Below are positions 35,701-48,128 of a DNA stretch of 64,000 bases, piece by piece (position 1 is the stretch's first letter; each line of letters opens with the position of its first letter). Below the pieces are notes generated by a model, which was given only the letters and a program-made list of their open reading frames with translations, was not told the origin of the DNA and did no database searches. Source of the DNA: Oikopleura dioica (taxonomy: Eukaryota; Animalia; Chordata); the NCBI GenBank assembly GCA_907165135.1, contig OU015567.1, positions 14,322,001 to 14,386,000 of the forward strand. Direction: 5' to 3'. The translations under genes were made by a program, and so were the position numbers.

Positions 35701-35918
35701 TAAAAGGGGTACAACTTTAGTTTTACATAAAATTTAATTCAAGTTTTATTATTTTGAATATGTTTGTAACCTTAACAGAGAAACAGTCATCAACTCCCTT
35801 TAAAACTGATTCTCTAAGTTCAAAATCAAGAAGACTTGTTAGAAAATAAGAAATCGCAAGCCTCGTGTCAATATTTAATATTTACAATTCTGATACGCAA
35901 CAAGTAAACTTGCCTCAT
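32761..35918 (-). CDS. Ser/Thr kinase (NEK-like) - coiled coil - three ubiquitin-like domains, predicted single gene
   Basis: Kinase motifs VIVK, HANIVRFVD, LHLDLKPANIFL, IKIGDFG, TPLYAAPE, DVWGFG; phase-0 join AAG|gt(34401)...ag(33563)|CGA ACT GAT ATG puts UBL1 in frame; UBL2 and UBL3 lie in ORF 32761-33282. Confidence 0.7.
33590..34388. mobile_element. piggyBac-like non-autonomous element in the kinase-UBL intron
   Basis: Termini ccgcgtgagacgaat / attcgtcccacgcgg, subterminal gggacgaattgatcattttgatgtcgttt inverted pair, TTAA on the right (34389-34392), taaa on the left. Confidence 0.75.
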
Positions 35919-36309
35919 CTGTCACACTGAAATAGCACTTCTTTAATTGTGGCGTTTTCTTTAGAATCTCCTAACTGCGATTTTCGCGGTGCTTATCAGC
36001 AAGCTCAAAAGCTCATTCGGAATGGAAAGCCCACTATATGAGCTTGTAGAGGAGGCTCTGACAGATCACTATATGTATAGAAAACCTACAAGACACATAA
36101 AAATTGTACCGTTCGACTCTTCAGAGCCTGCGGTACAAGACAAGCACAAAAATAATGAGGTCCCGATTTTGCTCCGCAAAAGCCATTTTCATCTATCTAG
36201 TGGGGAGACCATTTAGCTCTTGAAAATTTCCATAAGCTTGGTCGATATTCGCTTTTGAAACATAGACGAGACCAGTTTCCCGCTCCTTTCCATTTGATTT
36301 TAATCTGAT

Positions 36310-36510
36310 TGGCTATGTACGTGTAACTTTGGTCGATGTTTATGAGCTTGTTTAAAAGACTTTGTATTTCGAATTGGGGTTATCTGGGTATAACCCCTCA
36401 AGACTTTGTTTTTTGATTCTAATTTGCCAGGGGCATGTAACTTAGGTCGATGTTTATGAGTTTGTGTGTAAGACTTTGTATTTTGAATTGGGGTTATCTG
36501 GGTTAAAACC
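36310..36510. repeat. Direct tandem duplication with a unit of about 115 bp
   Basis: gtaacttt/aggtcgatgtttatgag..aagactttgtattt..gaattggggttatctggg occurs twice. Confidence 0.75.
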
Positions 36511-37066
36511 AGTGAGACTTGTTTTTTGAGTTGCGATGCATAGCTGTTGGTTTTTCGATTCAATGTTTTTCCTTGAGGCAATGAGCGATGATCAAAAGTT
36601 CCATGATAATTCTCCGTGGTTTTTAGTGAAATACATAAAAAACTATCTAAAGTCGTGCACTTAGATCCCATGAAGCACAGACTTGTGTGTAACTGTCTTC
36701 CCTGACAGTTTAACCAATGTATCATAGTGTTTTCGTTTTGACAGCGGAAATTTCCCTTCTTTCCGATATAAAAATGAATTCTTGAGTTTCCAAACTTTTT
36801 CCAATATTTTCTTCCTTGCTAAGTGACAGGGTGTCCTCGACATCCCAAAAGTGAGTGCCGAGAGTTGAACTTATACGGAAAAAGTAACTATATGAATCGA
36901 GTTACTTTTTGAAAACGTGGCGTTCTCTATCGCGCGATCTCTCTGGATGAGTGTTGTTGAAGACACCCACTCAGTTTTCCCTTCAGTGAATCATTAACCG
37001 TCAGTTTAAATTTGTCTTCTCGGCTTGATATTTTTCACAACAAAAGAGATTTGACAAAGGCAAGAA

Positions 37067-38162
37067 ATGGATCTCCTCTTGAATTTGCTAAGAAGCGAGC
37101 CATCGAAGAATTTGGTTCTCTCGTCAATCAACGTTGAGCATGCATTTGCAATTTTAGCAACGGCTGCTGCTGGAAAAACAAGGTTTGAATGCTTTGATTT
37201 CTTAACCCTAACTTACAAACAAGAGATGAAATTCTCAAAATGACGTCCCAAGAAGTCGCCAAGACCGCCCAACGAGTCAAGTCGTTAGAAGCCCTCTCCA
37301 CCGTCCAATTGGACTCGAAAATGTTCACTTGCTTCAAACCAAAAACTGATTTTTGGAAGGCTCATTTCACAGCTTCGCATGACTACGTCGACTTTACGGA
37401 TCCCAAAACAGCGGACGAAATCAACTCCTGGATCGCGAAATCAACGAAGAATATGATCAAAAAGCTGGTCGATGCTTCTGATTTAGATGCATTAACAAGG
37501 ATGATTCTCGTCTCAGCGATTTTCTTCAAGGGCTCTTGGCAAACACCTTTTCGAAGAACATTTGAAGGCAAATTTGATGGTGGAAAGCACACGGTTCAGT
37601 ACATGCGGCACAATTTCAAGGGCGTCATGTACAATCAGACCGGACAATTCCAAGCCATTTCCTTGCCCTATTCAAGCGACGGTCTTGAAATGACTGTTGT
37701 GCTGCCGAAATCCGACCTTCTTTCTTTCGAAACATCTCTCACCGGTGGAAAGATCAAAGAAGTATTCGCTGGTTTGAGAAAAACGCGAGAGGTGAACTTT
37801 CAAATGCCAAAGTTCGCGATCGAATCCGAACTAGATCTCAAAAATATCTTTGAAAAACTGGGCTTTGGGCATGTCTTCTCTTCTGCCATGGACGACTACT
37901 CTCCTTTGACCGACGAATCCGTCTTCCTTTCAATGGCTAAACACAAGGCGAAGATTGAAGTCAACGAGGAAGGAACAGTGGCTGCGGCGGCGACAGTCGC
38001 GAAAATTATGGCAAGAGTAAATATTCCCCCATTTTATTCATGATCCTATTTCAGCTCAAGTGCATGGTGATTCCAGAAGAATTCGTGTGCGATAGACCCT
38101 TTCTATACTTCATCCGAAAAGAAGACGAAGTCATTTTCGCCGGGCGATTTATGCAACCCTAA
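37067..38162 (+). CDS. Intracellular serpin (no signal peptide), 3 exons
   Basis: NLVLSSINVEHAF, INSWIAKSTKNMI, MILVSAIFFKGSWQTPF, MPKFAIES, hinge EEGTVAAAAT, FVCDRPFLYFI..IFAGRFMQP-stop. Confidence 0.95.
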
Positions 38163-38290
38163 CTCAAAAACGAAGATTGTGCTCTATTTTTTACTATACC
38201 TTTTTTCTTCGAAATAAAAAATTTCCATCGTTTTTGAAGTAGAAGAAGAATCATTCGAAGCAGATTTTCTCTAGAAAATTTAAAGTAGCA

Positions 38291-38680
38291 CAGTTATTTT
38301 TCGAAAAAATCTCTAGAATTTCTGTTGATGTCAGGGCTCACGCCGAAGGGCAGGTCAGTCTTCGGATTTTGACAGTCCGAACAGGACCTATCTCCAGGTA
38401 AGAAAGTCGCTTCTTTGGAAGATTTTTCTGACTTTTGAATTTTAGGACGGGATGTCTGATCCTGTTAAATCGTTCTCAATAAGAGGGCGGTTTAGCAGAT
38501 CAATCGCCTTCACATTTACCCAAGAAAAGGGAAATGAGAATTGTGAAGAATAAACTTCCTGCTAATGGCAGACATGCTGAAGTATCCTGAATAAAATCAA
38601 TTTGCGTTAAATACTTTGTTTGTCTCATTTATTTGCAGGTTCGTTAGCTTTTGCGGTTCTTTATGTAGTCTTGAGGTTGT
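38291..38680 (+). repeat. Second copy of the 20.2-20.55 kb segment, between the serpin and its pseudogene
   Basis: Reverse complement of 20165-20553. Confidence 0.9.
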
Positions 38681-39004
38681 TTCAGAGAGACAGAGAGAGA
38701 TACTGACTAGTCGCACTTATCTTCCTATGCGGATATATTTAGGACAATACTGCAACAAGTAACAGTATCTTCTTCGTTGATAGCAACCATGACAACATTT
38801 TTATTCGCCCCAATTATTGCCCTTTCCTATATATCACTATCGCTATAAATTTGAGCGAAAATTCGAAAGTAGTCGACCCTCTTACCTAGTTCGAGCATTA
38901 GTAGAGAGTAAAGACAAATACGAATGGTGATGGTCAAAACGCAATATTACGTAGGGAGCGTAATATTACCACTGATTATTTCAGTGATACTCACAAGGGT
39001 GAAC

Positions 39005-39990
39005 CTTTACCCGGAAGAACCTAAAGAGCTTGATCTGCGCCTGAATTTGCTTCGAAGCAAGCCATCGGAGAATTTGGTCTTCTGGCCTATCAATGTTGAG
39101 CACGCATTCGCCATTCTAGCGTCGGCTGCAGCTGGAGAAACGAGGTAAAGAGAACTTTATATGAGCTTTTCTATTTACTTTTATAATAAGACGGGAAATT
39201 CTCAAAATGACGTCTCAAGACGAAATCGCTAAAACTGCTCAACGAGTCAACTCATTAAAATTCCTTTCCACCCTCCAAATGGACTCGAAAATTTTCATCT
39301 TCTTCAAGCCAAAAACTGATTTTTGGAAGCCTAACTTTACTCATTTTCAAGGCTACGTTGACTTCACGGATCCGAAAACAGCGGATGAGATTAACTCCTG
39401 GATCGCAAAATCAACGAAGAATATGATCGATAAAATGGTCGATGCTACTGATTTAGATGCATACACAAGGATGATTCTAGTCTCGGCGATTTTCTTCAAG
39501 GGCTCTTGGCAAACACCCTTTCGAAGAACTTTCGAGGGCAAATTTTAAGGGCGTGATGTTTATTCAGACCGGAGATTTCCAAGCTATTTCCTTGCCCTAT
39601 TCAAGTGACGGGCTTGAAATGACTGTTGTCCTGCCGAAATCCGACCTTCTTTCTTTCGAAACATCTCTCACCGGTGGAAAGATCAAAGAAATATTCACTG
39701 GCTTGAGAAACACGCAAAAGGTTTTAACTTTCAAATGCCAAAGTTCGCGATCGAATCCGACCTAGATCTCAAAGAAATCTTTGTGAAATTTGGCTCTGGG
39801 CGTGTCTTCTCTGCTGCCATGGACGACTACTCTCCTTTGACCGATGAATCCGTCTTCCTTTCAATGGCTAAACACAAGGCAAAGGTTGGAGTCAATGAGG
39901 AAGGAACTGTGGCCGCAGAAAATTCTGGCAAGAGTAAATAAACTCACAATTAAATCATGATCCTTATTTAGCTCAATTGCATGGTGATTT
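39005..39990 (+). pseudogene. Serpin pseudogene (tandem duplicate)
   Basis: Colinear with 37067-38162 but with a deletion giving a stop at 39546-39548, a frameshift near 39720, a deleted RCL hinge (GTVAAENSGKSK-stop) and a truncated last exon. Confidence 0.9.
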
Positions 39991-40059
39991 TCTCTTCTTT
40001 ATTCGAAAAGGGGAGGAAATCATCTTTGCGGGACTTCTTGTTGAACCTTAGCTAACAAA

Positions 40060-40550
40060 AATAAAATACTGCATTTCTTATTCTACGCTTTTTCTTTATA
40101 CAATTATTTTCCTCTTTTGTGGACATTTTTTGTCCCAAATTTTCATAAAAATGTGCACAAAAAAGGGCAAGAGTCTTCCGAAAAATGTCCCGCCGTAGGG
40201 GCTTAAAATTTTTTCTTCGATAAATTTTTCTTCGAAAAATGGCAAATTTCATCATCGAAACGCATTTTTTGCCTGTTTTACCATTTTGGTCAATTAAACA
40301 GTATAACTTATATTATACTGTATAAGCCATTGATTTCTTATAAAAAAATCCTGATTTTTGAAAAAGCACCCTATTTTTTCTCTTAAGTTTTCTCTGCTGG
40401 ATAAATGTCCACAAAAGTGGAAAGTTATCTTTGTAAAAGCGTCCCACGAAAACCCCTTAAAATGAAGAAAATGTCCACAAAAATGGGGTCCACAAAAGAG
40501 GAAAAAAACTGTATGCATGAAGAAAAATATCATTGTTCTATTTCGATTTT
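40060..40550. mobile_element. MITE-like inverted-repeat element
   Basis: atttttcctcttttgtggac (about 40106-40125) mirrored by gtccacaaaagaggaaaaaa (about 40487-40507); internal tgtccacaaaa repeats. Confidence 0.5.
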
Positions 40551-41444
40551 TTTCGTCTGGAGATACAATTATCGTACATCGCTGAGCAGCGCTCTATTAT
40601 TCGGTGCCTGCTCCGCATGATACTAAGTGCTAGGAAACTCTGGAAATTCGCAGATTCCACTTCTTTTTATGGTTCCTGTGCACCGTAGTTTTGACATGGC
40701 AAATATCAAGCTGCTCAGCGTGGTCCAAAAATTGTAGTGTAAGTATTTTTCTTCCTCTTGAAAAATTTGCACTTAGTTGAATTGCATCAGATATAGTCTA
40801 TATCATATAGATAACCCGTTTTAATGCTTCCTACCCGGCAACGCGAACATAAAGGTCAAATATTTTCCGAAAAAATGTTTTCGTCAAACAGTAACGTGTC
40901 AGTTTAGAATAAAAAGCCCATTTTCAGAGAAACAAAAGTTACAGTTAATTATGGAATTTCTGGACATTTTTGTCCCCCATTTTTCCCAAAAATCTCCAGA
41001 AATTTGATGCAGAGCCTTGAGAAAAATGTCTTAACAAAATTGCTTAAAAATTTTTCGAGAAGGAAAAATTGACGATTTTTTTCAAAAAAAATCACTGAAA
41101 AACAATAGAAGAAACACGCTGTAGCCGCCTATCTTGGCATATCATAAGATTTTAGAAGAAACACTGCTCTTTATAGATAAAATTGGCATCAATAACTCAA
41201 GATTGACCATAAATATAGATGTCGGAGATATCTGATGAGAAAAAATGTCCAGAAATTTGATACTCCCTATCTGTGAATTTGTTCCCAGAAAACCCCGAAA
41301 AATGTCCAGAAATTTGATGTATAGAAATTCCATAAAAACTGTATAGACATCGCTGTTTTTGCTGCATTTATTCAATTGCACTATTTTATTCATATTCATT
41401 AAACTATTTCAATTTTTTCATAGTTTTTCATGTATTTTTAGAAA

Positions 41445-42789
41445 ATGAGCTTTTTTGAAAAGGAAATAGAGCGACTTGAGCAATTAAAAATTGAAGAAGA
41501 AGATATTCAATACGAGATTCAAGACAAAGAGGACGAAATAAGGTGTATCGAAGAAAACATACAAGAATACAAAGAAAGTATCCAGGGTGAAAAGGAGCAC
41601 ATGAGGGAGCTCCGAGTAAGATTTGATGAAGACATGAAAGAAGCAAATGAGCAAATTGGAACATTCGATCTGGGATAATTATTTTATTTTTACAAGAAAA
41701 TAGTTATTCTTGAAAAACTTAACCCTATGCGTGACGCGGGTGCACTCCGTTTACTGCTCAAGGTTTTCTGTCCATTTCTCTCTCAATTTTCGTCCAAATT
41801 CAAAAATTTGAAAAGAATAAGAATCTACGTCAAAAAACGCGTCCAATATGCTTCGTTAAATTTTCGAAAAATCTTTGATAGTAACCTAAAAACGAAGAAA
41901 ATGTCGTAATTTTGCTATTTTTCGTCTCGAGAACAGCTATTTTGATGCAAGTTACGATACTTCCAGCCCGTTTCGCCGCCGAAGAAGGGGGTATTCCAGT
42001 CTCCGAGACAATAACGACAGCGTGATTAGGCCGTTTTTCTTCAAAAAATGGCAGAGAAGAGCAAAAAATTGTTCTAGATGGGTCGGGTGCACTGAATGCA
42101 CCCGCGTCACGCATAGGGGTAGTTCTGATCGTCACGCAGAGGGTTAAATGTAAAACTTCGATGGTCTTCTCATCCAGAATATATCATAAGACATTTCCTT
42201 TACTTACGCAGACAATTTTTATCCTTATTTAGTCAGAGAAATGAACGAACAATATGCCGAACTTAACAAGCAGAAGACTGAGCACAAGAAGATGAAAATA
42301 AAAATGGCCCAACTAAGATCAGGTTTTTTCAGGAAGAAGATATGGATAATTTATAACACGCTTATTTATGAATTCTTTGTTTAAATTAAATTAAAATTTT
42401 TTCTTGCTCAGAACGCTTTTAAAGCATATTTTAATCTTTATTAGGGATAATATACTAATTTTTTTATTTGAAGGTAAAGTATATGCAAATCATCAGCAAC
42501 CTGCTCCTAACAGATCCGTATCGACTGATTCGTGTGGTGTATGCCTGGAAAATTTTAACGATGGCAGGATTGGAGTGATAGATGAGTTTATATTTTGGAA
42601 ATTCATTCTTTTTTTTCTCAATTTCTCGTCGCAATTATATATTCATTCACTCTTCTCAGGAATCAAAGAGCTTGCATATCAACATGCTTTCATTCTTTCT
42701 GTTACGATTGTCTCTCGCGACTCTCTCCACAAAATTGTCCAAAATGCCGACGACCCTTTTCTCATCAGAATATTCAGCGAATTTTCTGA
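41445..42789 (+). CDS. Acidic coiled-coil + C3HC4-type RING protein, multi-exon
   Basis: Exon 1 coiled coil; RING CGVC-x16-CFHSFCYDC..CPKC assembled over intron 42568-42659; same architecture as 19046-19786. Confidence 0.75.
41723..42143. mobile_element. piggyBac-type MITE in an intron of the RING gene
   Basis: TTAA|ccctatgcgtgac ... gtcacgcagaggg|TTAA; internal inverted tgcacccgcgtcacgcatagggg. Confidence 0.9.
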
Positions 42790-44302
42790 TCCACAAATCA
42801 GTGTGCAATTTTTGATTTAGTCCTTTGCAATGAATACAATATCAAACTTAATTACAATTCAGCTTTGTTTACTATTTATTTTTCTTTTTCGTCGGTCTTT
42901 AGGTCACTCCAAAAAAAGACGAAGTCATCTTTGCTAGACTATTTATTCAACCAGAGTTGTACAGTTGTGCAGTCCGCTCCGCTACGCGAAAGATACCATG
43001 AAGTTTAACTCTTTTAGGAGAAAGTCTCAGGCCCCCTTCCCCGTATCCCGCGCAAATCACTGTCGGGGAACTCTAGAAAATTTCTTTAACGCTTGCTTGG
43101 CGGCTTAGAAGAATCTGGAGCTTCTGAAAAGCAGAATCTGGATAGTCCGAGCCAATGAGAGAGCCAAGAAGGTTTTGTGCGGCTTCTCCCCAAATTTAGG
43201 CGCGCCCAGAATGAGCTACTGTCAGTAGCCTACTGAAAAAGTCAGCGCATTTTTCAGTAGCTCAGATTCTCGATCTCCCCTTAGAGCTCAATTCCATGGT
43301 AAATTTGTTTCAGCTCCGCTATTGTCCATAGGCTATGGAGAATAAAATTTTGATCAGCTCCGCTACGCTCAGCTACGGCTAAAATGATTTTGACCAGCTT
43401 CGCTGGGCTTAGCCAAGGGGAAAAAATTAACCCCACGAGTCTAAGTCGACATTTTTTGTCGAAATCCGGTTTTAATCAGCTGTACTGATCTATCTGTGAT
43501 CCGGATCGAGCTGAAAAATGTAATGTGTATTCACACTGGTATTAAGCACCTCTGACCAAAAAAAGAGCGCGCTAATCTCTTTTGGTGGCGTTTGGTACCG
43601 GATTAATCACTTTCTGCACCAACGTGAAAGTACGTGCGATAACCTTCCGACAATTATTTCGGATCAAAGAATCGGATTTATTTCGTTCAAAAAGGTACAT
43701 ATAGGTTTTCAAATGCGTAGAATTCAAATAAGATATTTACAATAAGATAAAATGGAGAAAAGCTAGCCTGGGCTAGGAATCGAAGTGATGTTTTCAAGTG
43801 GTGAAATTTTTAAGAAGGCAGACAGAACAAGTTGAATATAAACTGTAAATCTACAGAATATATAGATAGGAGGTGAACTACTGGCAATTCTAGATTCACT
43901 TCACACAATTCTCCTTGTCATCATGGATTGATGGACAGTTTGTGATAATAAGAACCGGTACTACAGGCAGCACAAACGGAAGCATTTTATACATCAAACA
44001 CATTGATCAAACTACGACTTTTATATTTTATATCTAATATTTGCGCTGTTCGTTATACTCCGCTGAACTCGGCCCGGGCAATTACGCTCTCAATTTTCTA
44101 TTCTATTCATATAACAAGAAGAAAAAAAACCCGCGAGCTCAACATTCTACTTTTTAGAGCTTCTTTCTTTCTAAAAAGATGAGCCATCGATTTTGAGGCA
44201 TCGGGGTTTCATTTTTTACGACTTTTTATCTTCGCGCGTTTATCATCATTTTTTGAAGACAAAGAGATTTTAGCGTCTGAAATTTTCGTTTGAAAAGGAA
44301 AA

Positions 44303-45434
44303 ATGTGTCCAAAAAAGAGCGCAAAAGAGAGCATAAGAAAGTGGAAAAAAGCTGTTGGCAGAGGTTTGTGCTCAGAATTTTCAACAAGCGTTAATTTTTT
44401 TTAGAAATATGGGCATTTTTCTCGACCCTGATTTTCTTCCTTTCTACTTTTTGTATCATTTACTATGCAACTGCAAATAATGCTCGTAAGTTCCGATTTT
44501 CCTAAACACCGAAATAATCATCACTAGAAACGTATAAAATCGAGCTGGCGATTCCATACGATTTCCTCCTTGATTCCAAATCTTCATTAAAACTACCTAA
44601 GTTTCTGAAAAAACCGAAGACCTGCAGCTCTGATAATTTAATCGTCATATCCATTGAGCCAAGAAGATCGCTAGAGAAGGATGATGAAATGGAAGAAAAT
44701 GAGACTGGGAAATTCATCGAAGCCGCAGAAAAATCAAGAAAAGAGATTCTCTCCTTAGCGCCAGCTGATTTTTCCGGGGTACAGAAGCTTCCCTCTATCA
44801 TATTTTTAAGATACTTTTAGCTGTACTTCATGACAAATGAGTTTGCAGAAGACAAGGCAAAAGACTACGGGGACAATTTCCTCGTCACTCTCTCCCGAAG
44901 CGAGGCAAAACTCAACTCAACCCTGGCCATGTCCGCGATCGACTGGTTTCTATCGAATTGCTCTGAAGAAAAATCGCTGATCATAACGAGCTTCCCGTCG
45001 AAATTGAATTTGACGGAGGTGATGGAAGGACGCAACGTGAGAATGAGCCGGAGAAAGCCCGATAGAAGGCATCAGAAGGGATTGATTGAGTGCTTATTTG
45101 GATTCTTTCAAAAGTAAGTGACTTTGACAAAGGTTTTTATTCTAAAATTTCAGGCCTTCGAGAAATAAGAAACCGCTGCCAACTGCCTGCGCTCGTGGAG
45201 GATATTTGATTCCTTACCGGGAGCTTCAGAAGATTCAAAAAGTTTCAGAGCAGACCAAAACCCACCTGAATCCAGAAATGGCGATTACAGGCATTTTCCG
45301 AGAAAAAGCCGAATTAAAAATTCATGACGCGTAAGAATACGAATTCATTATTTTCAATTTTAACTGTTTTGCCTAGAACACCAACGATAAAGCTTCCCGG
45401 CCGTCACTCAATAATGAAAAAGCAGCCAGAGTAA
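44303..45434 (+). CDS. Type II membrane protein, possibly a divergent GT31/galactosyltransferase-like enzyme; 6 exons
   Basis: Basic N-tail, TM segment WAFFSTLIFFLSTFCIIYYA, GT-AG introns in phase; PTACARGGYLIP..EMAITG weakly resembles GT31 motifs (PPF-C-SG-GY..EDV-x-x-G). Confidence 0.6.
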
Positions 45435-45568
45435 GAAAACTTCAATTCGATCGCCATTTTTAAACTGCCATTTTTTACCTTTTTTTTGCCAGATTGAGTA
45501 TGCAATAAACCAGAAATTTTGTTTCAGGAAGAATCGAAATTTATAAAAGCAAAATACAAAAAGAACAT

Positions 45569-47274
45569 TTATCTTGCAGTTGATGAAGATTTTCGATGAA
45601 GCCGTTTAGTGATGACTGTGTTCTTTCTTCGTCGTTGGGCGCATTTTTGACAAACAAAGTGACCTTCGAATTCAAATGGTCCGCCAGAGTTTGGGTCAAA
45701 GAGCATTATTTTGCAGTCCTTATCAATTAGGAAATTATGGGGAGGGGTTGATTACCTTGCAAGAGAAGCACGATTTATGCAAATTCTTCCCGGCAATCGT
45801 AATCTGTTTCGCTTCCTGTGCACCGTCTTCTGGAACTATGGATTTTCCGCATCTTGCACAAGTATTCGCACTCTCATCTTTCATTTCAGATAAATTTGAC
45901 ATGAGTTTGTCGATTCCCACTGATGATATTTGCGGTCCTTCGGTAACCGTTCTGAAAAATGAATTATTTTGGAGATTTTCAAATAGAGCTACCCTGTTTT
46001 CAAATTTTTCATTAGCAACTCCAACTGTCGATCAACCTCATCAGCGGACTCTTGAGATCTTTTCGTTGTTTTCAAAGGAGTTGTTTTCACCGACATTTCG
46101 GGTTCTTTGGGAGGCAAATTCGAGGGGATCGGTGTCGGGCTTGGAGGCTTCGGCGATTTTACTCGATCAACTGAAGTTAGAAATATTCAAATAAATGAAC
46201 ATGCTCTTTATTATACGTTTTTTTATATAGAAGTTGGATAAATTGTCAACCTTGAAGAGTACCGGTGCGTGATTGATCCGTAAAAGAAATCTCTGGCACT
46301 TCGATTTCGAACTTCTCGATTGCAGCAGACTCCAGCGTTGGTGGATTTCTAATGCACACACTCGCTTTAGGGCGCTTTGATTTTAACTACTTTGTTAATT
46401 ACCGTTTGAGAATTGATTTGAGCGGACGGGGCGAGTGCTGCGGCGAGTTCGATTGGTTGCTCCAAAGGTCGACGTCTGTGGCGAGAGCACGTTCGTCGAC
46501 GAGCTCGTCGGCGACGCTGTCCACGTGACCAGAGTCGACCGACAAGTCGAGGACAAGCGGCTCCGGCAGCGGGATCGAGGAGAAATCCAATTCATCTTCA
46601 AAGACGGGAGGCGGCGTCGGCGGATTTGCACGAGCGGCCTGAAAGGGGAATTATTTATGCTGATCTTTTGTCGGAGAAAATTAACCTTGAGCTCGTTCAT
46701 GGCTTCTTCGAGCTCTCTTTGGACCCGTTCGGATTTTGAGAGGGAGTCTCGACGCTCCCTTATTGGCGGTGGAGCAACTTTCTCTGGTGCTTGGGATCTG
46801 GTTGATTTTTCCGATGCCGATATGCTTGGTGTTGGACTTTGAGCGCTGCGAATTGACGGTGATTTTTGATAGACTTCTTGAGCTTCTTTCGCTCGCCAAT
46901 CATTATAATATTCTTATCAATAATTTAATTTTTTATCAACAAAAACATCGATTACCCATGAGGTCAAGATCCGGTTGATTTCTACTGCTAATCTTCACGA
47001 CTGTATTCATCTCCTCGCCAAGTTCCTCTGCCTTCTTTTCCGCTAGAAAATGTCAGCCATAATTTTTGCTGTACTGATTGGCAAAAACAGATGTGGAAAA
47101 GATGAGAATGTGGTTTTGGTACCCCGAGGGTGGTACAGGACGCCCTGTGGAGAACGGAACAAAACTCCCTGTTTTTGACATTTTCTTCTTCTTACCTTTA
47201 ATATCGGCGTAAGGGTGGGATTTTCTCTGCATCATTTCTTGGTGAATTTTCGCTCGTTGCTCTTTATCCATCAT
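45569..47274 (-). CDS. Protein with a single C-terminal zyxin/LPP/ajuba-type LIM domain
   Basis: CARCGKSIVPEDGAQEAKQITIAGKNLHKSCFSCK|DCKIML..FEGHFVCQKC; low-complexity N-terminal exons joined by short introns. Confidence 0.75.
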
Positions 47275-48006
47275 TTCTTTTCTCTTTCTCTTTTAGTTTC
47301 GATTCCTGCAGAAGACTTTTTCTGAAAACGTTGTTTGAAAATGTCAAACACAAATGTCACATCCTGCTGAAATCATATTTTCAAGAATCGGCTTTTCGTA
47401 AATAATTATTTTACAATTAGCTTTCAATTTTGAAAATTATTGAAAAGCGGCTCTGAAAACTGGAAAGAGTCAGAGTTTTTTAAACAACAAAAGACAGATC
47501 AAACAAAAAAGAGACCTGAAGTCACCTGGATTTCCGCTTTCTATTAATTATTTGTCGCTAGAAAAAACTTGCTCTTAGATTTGAAAACTGAGTTTTTGAG
47601 GAGCAAGAGTTAGTGGAGAATTTAACGACTGTTTATCAAAACTGCATAAGGGGAGCTTCAAAAGAAGAAAAACTCGTAAACTACGACCCAGCAAAACCCA
47701 CATGAAAAGAAAGAGCTCTTTATTTTTTTACCTTTCTTCATCAAATGTCTCTCTTTTTCCTGATCAGTGATCGAACTCTTCCTAATTTTTTTTCTTAAGT
47801 TTTTTTGGGCTCGAGGTCTAGTCGCTAATCCCTCGTCATTTGCTGCCTTCGACAATAGTAGCCACCTGGTGATAAACCAATTTACAAACTGTAATTTATT
47901 GCATTTACATTGAACAGCTGGGTATTGAAAGTTTTCAAACAGGAGGTTTATAAAAATACCCGCCGAGTTTTCTGACTATCACGGGATCAACGTAGTTATT
48001 CTGCTC

Positions 48007-48128
48007 CTGGGCTCGGCAACCTGTCTCGAAAACCTGAGTCAGGGTCTGAACTTCAGACTCTGAAGGATCTTTTTTTTTCAGAAGATCACTCAGACCCTGA
48101 CTCAGGTTTTCTACACAGGTTATCGGAC
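48007..48128. mobile_element. MITE family A copy
   Basis: ctgggctcggcaacctgtctcgaaaacctgagtcagggtctga ... tcagaccctgactcaggttttctacacaggtt. Confidence 0.85.

Noticed and set aside
36300-36725. 141-aa ORF with an internal repeat
   Set aside because: Arises from the 115-bp tandem duplication; no convincing start or family.
41727-42135. ORFs at 41727 and 41830
   Set aside because: Lie entirely within the TTAA-flanked MITE.
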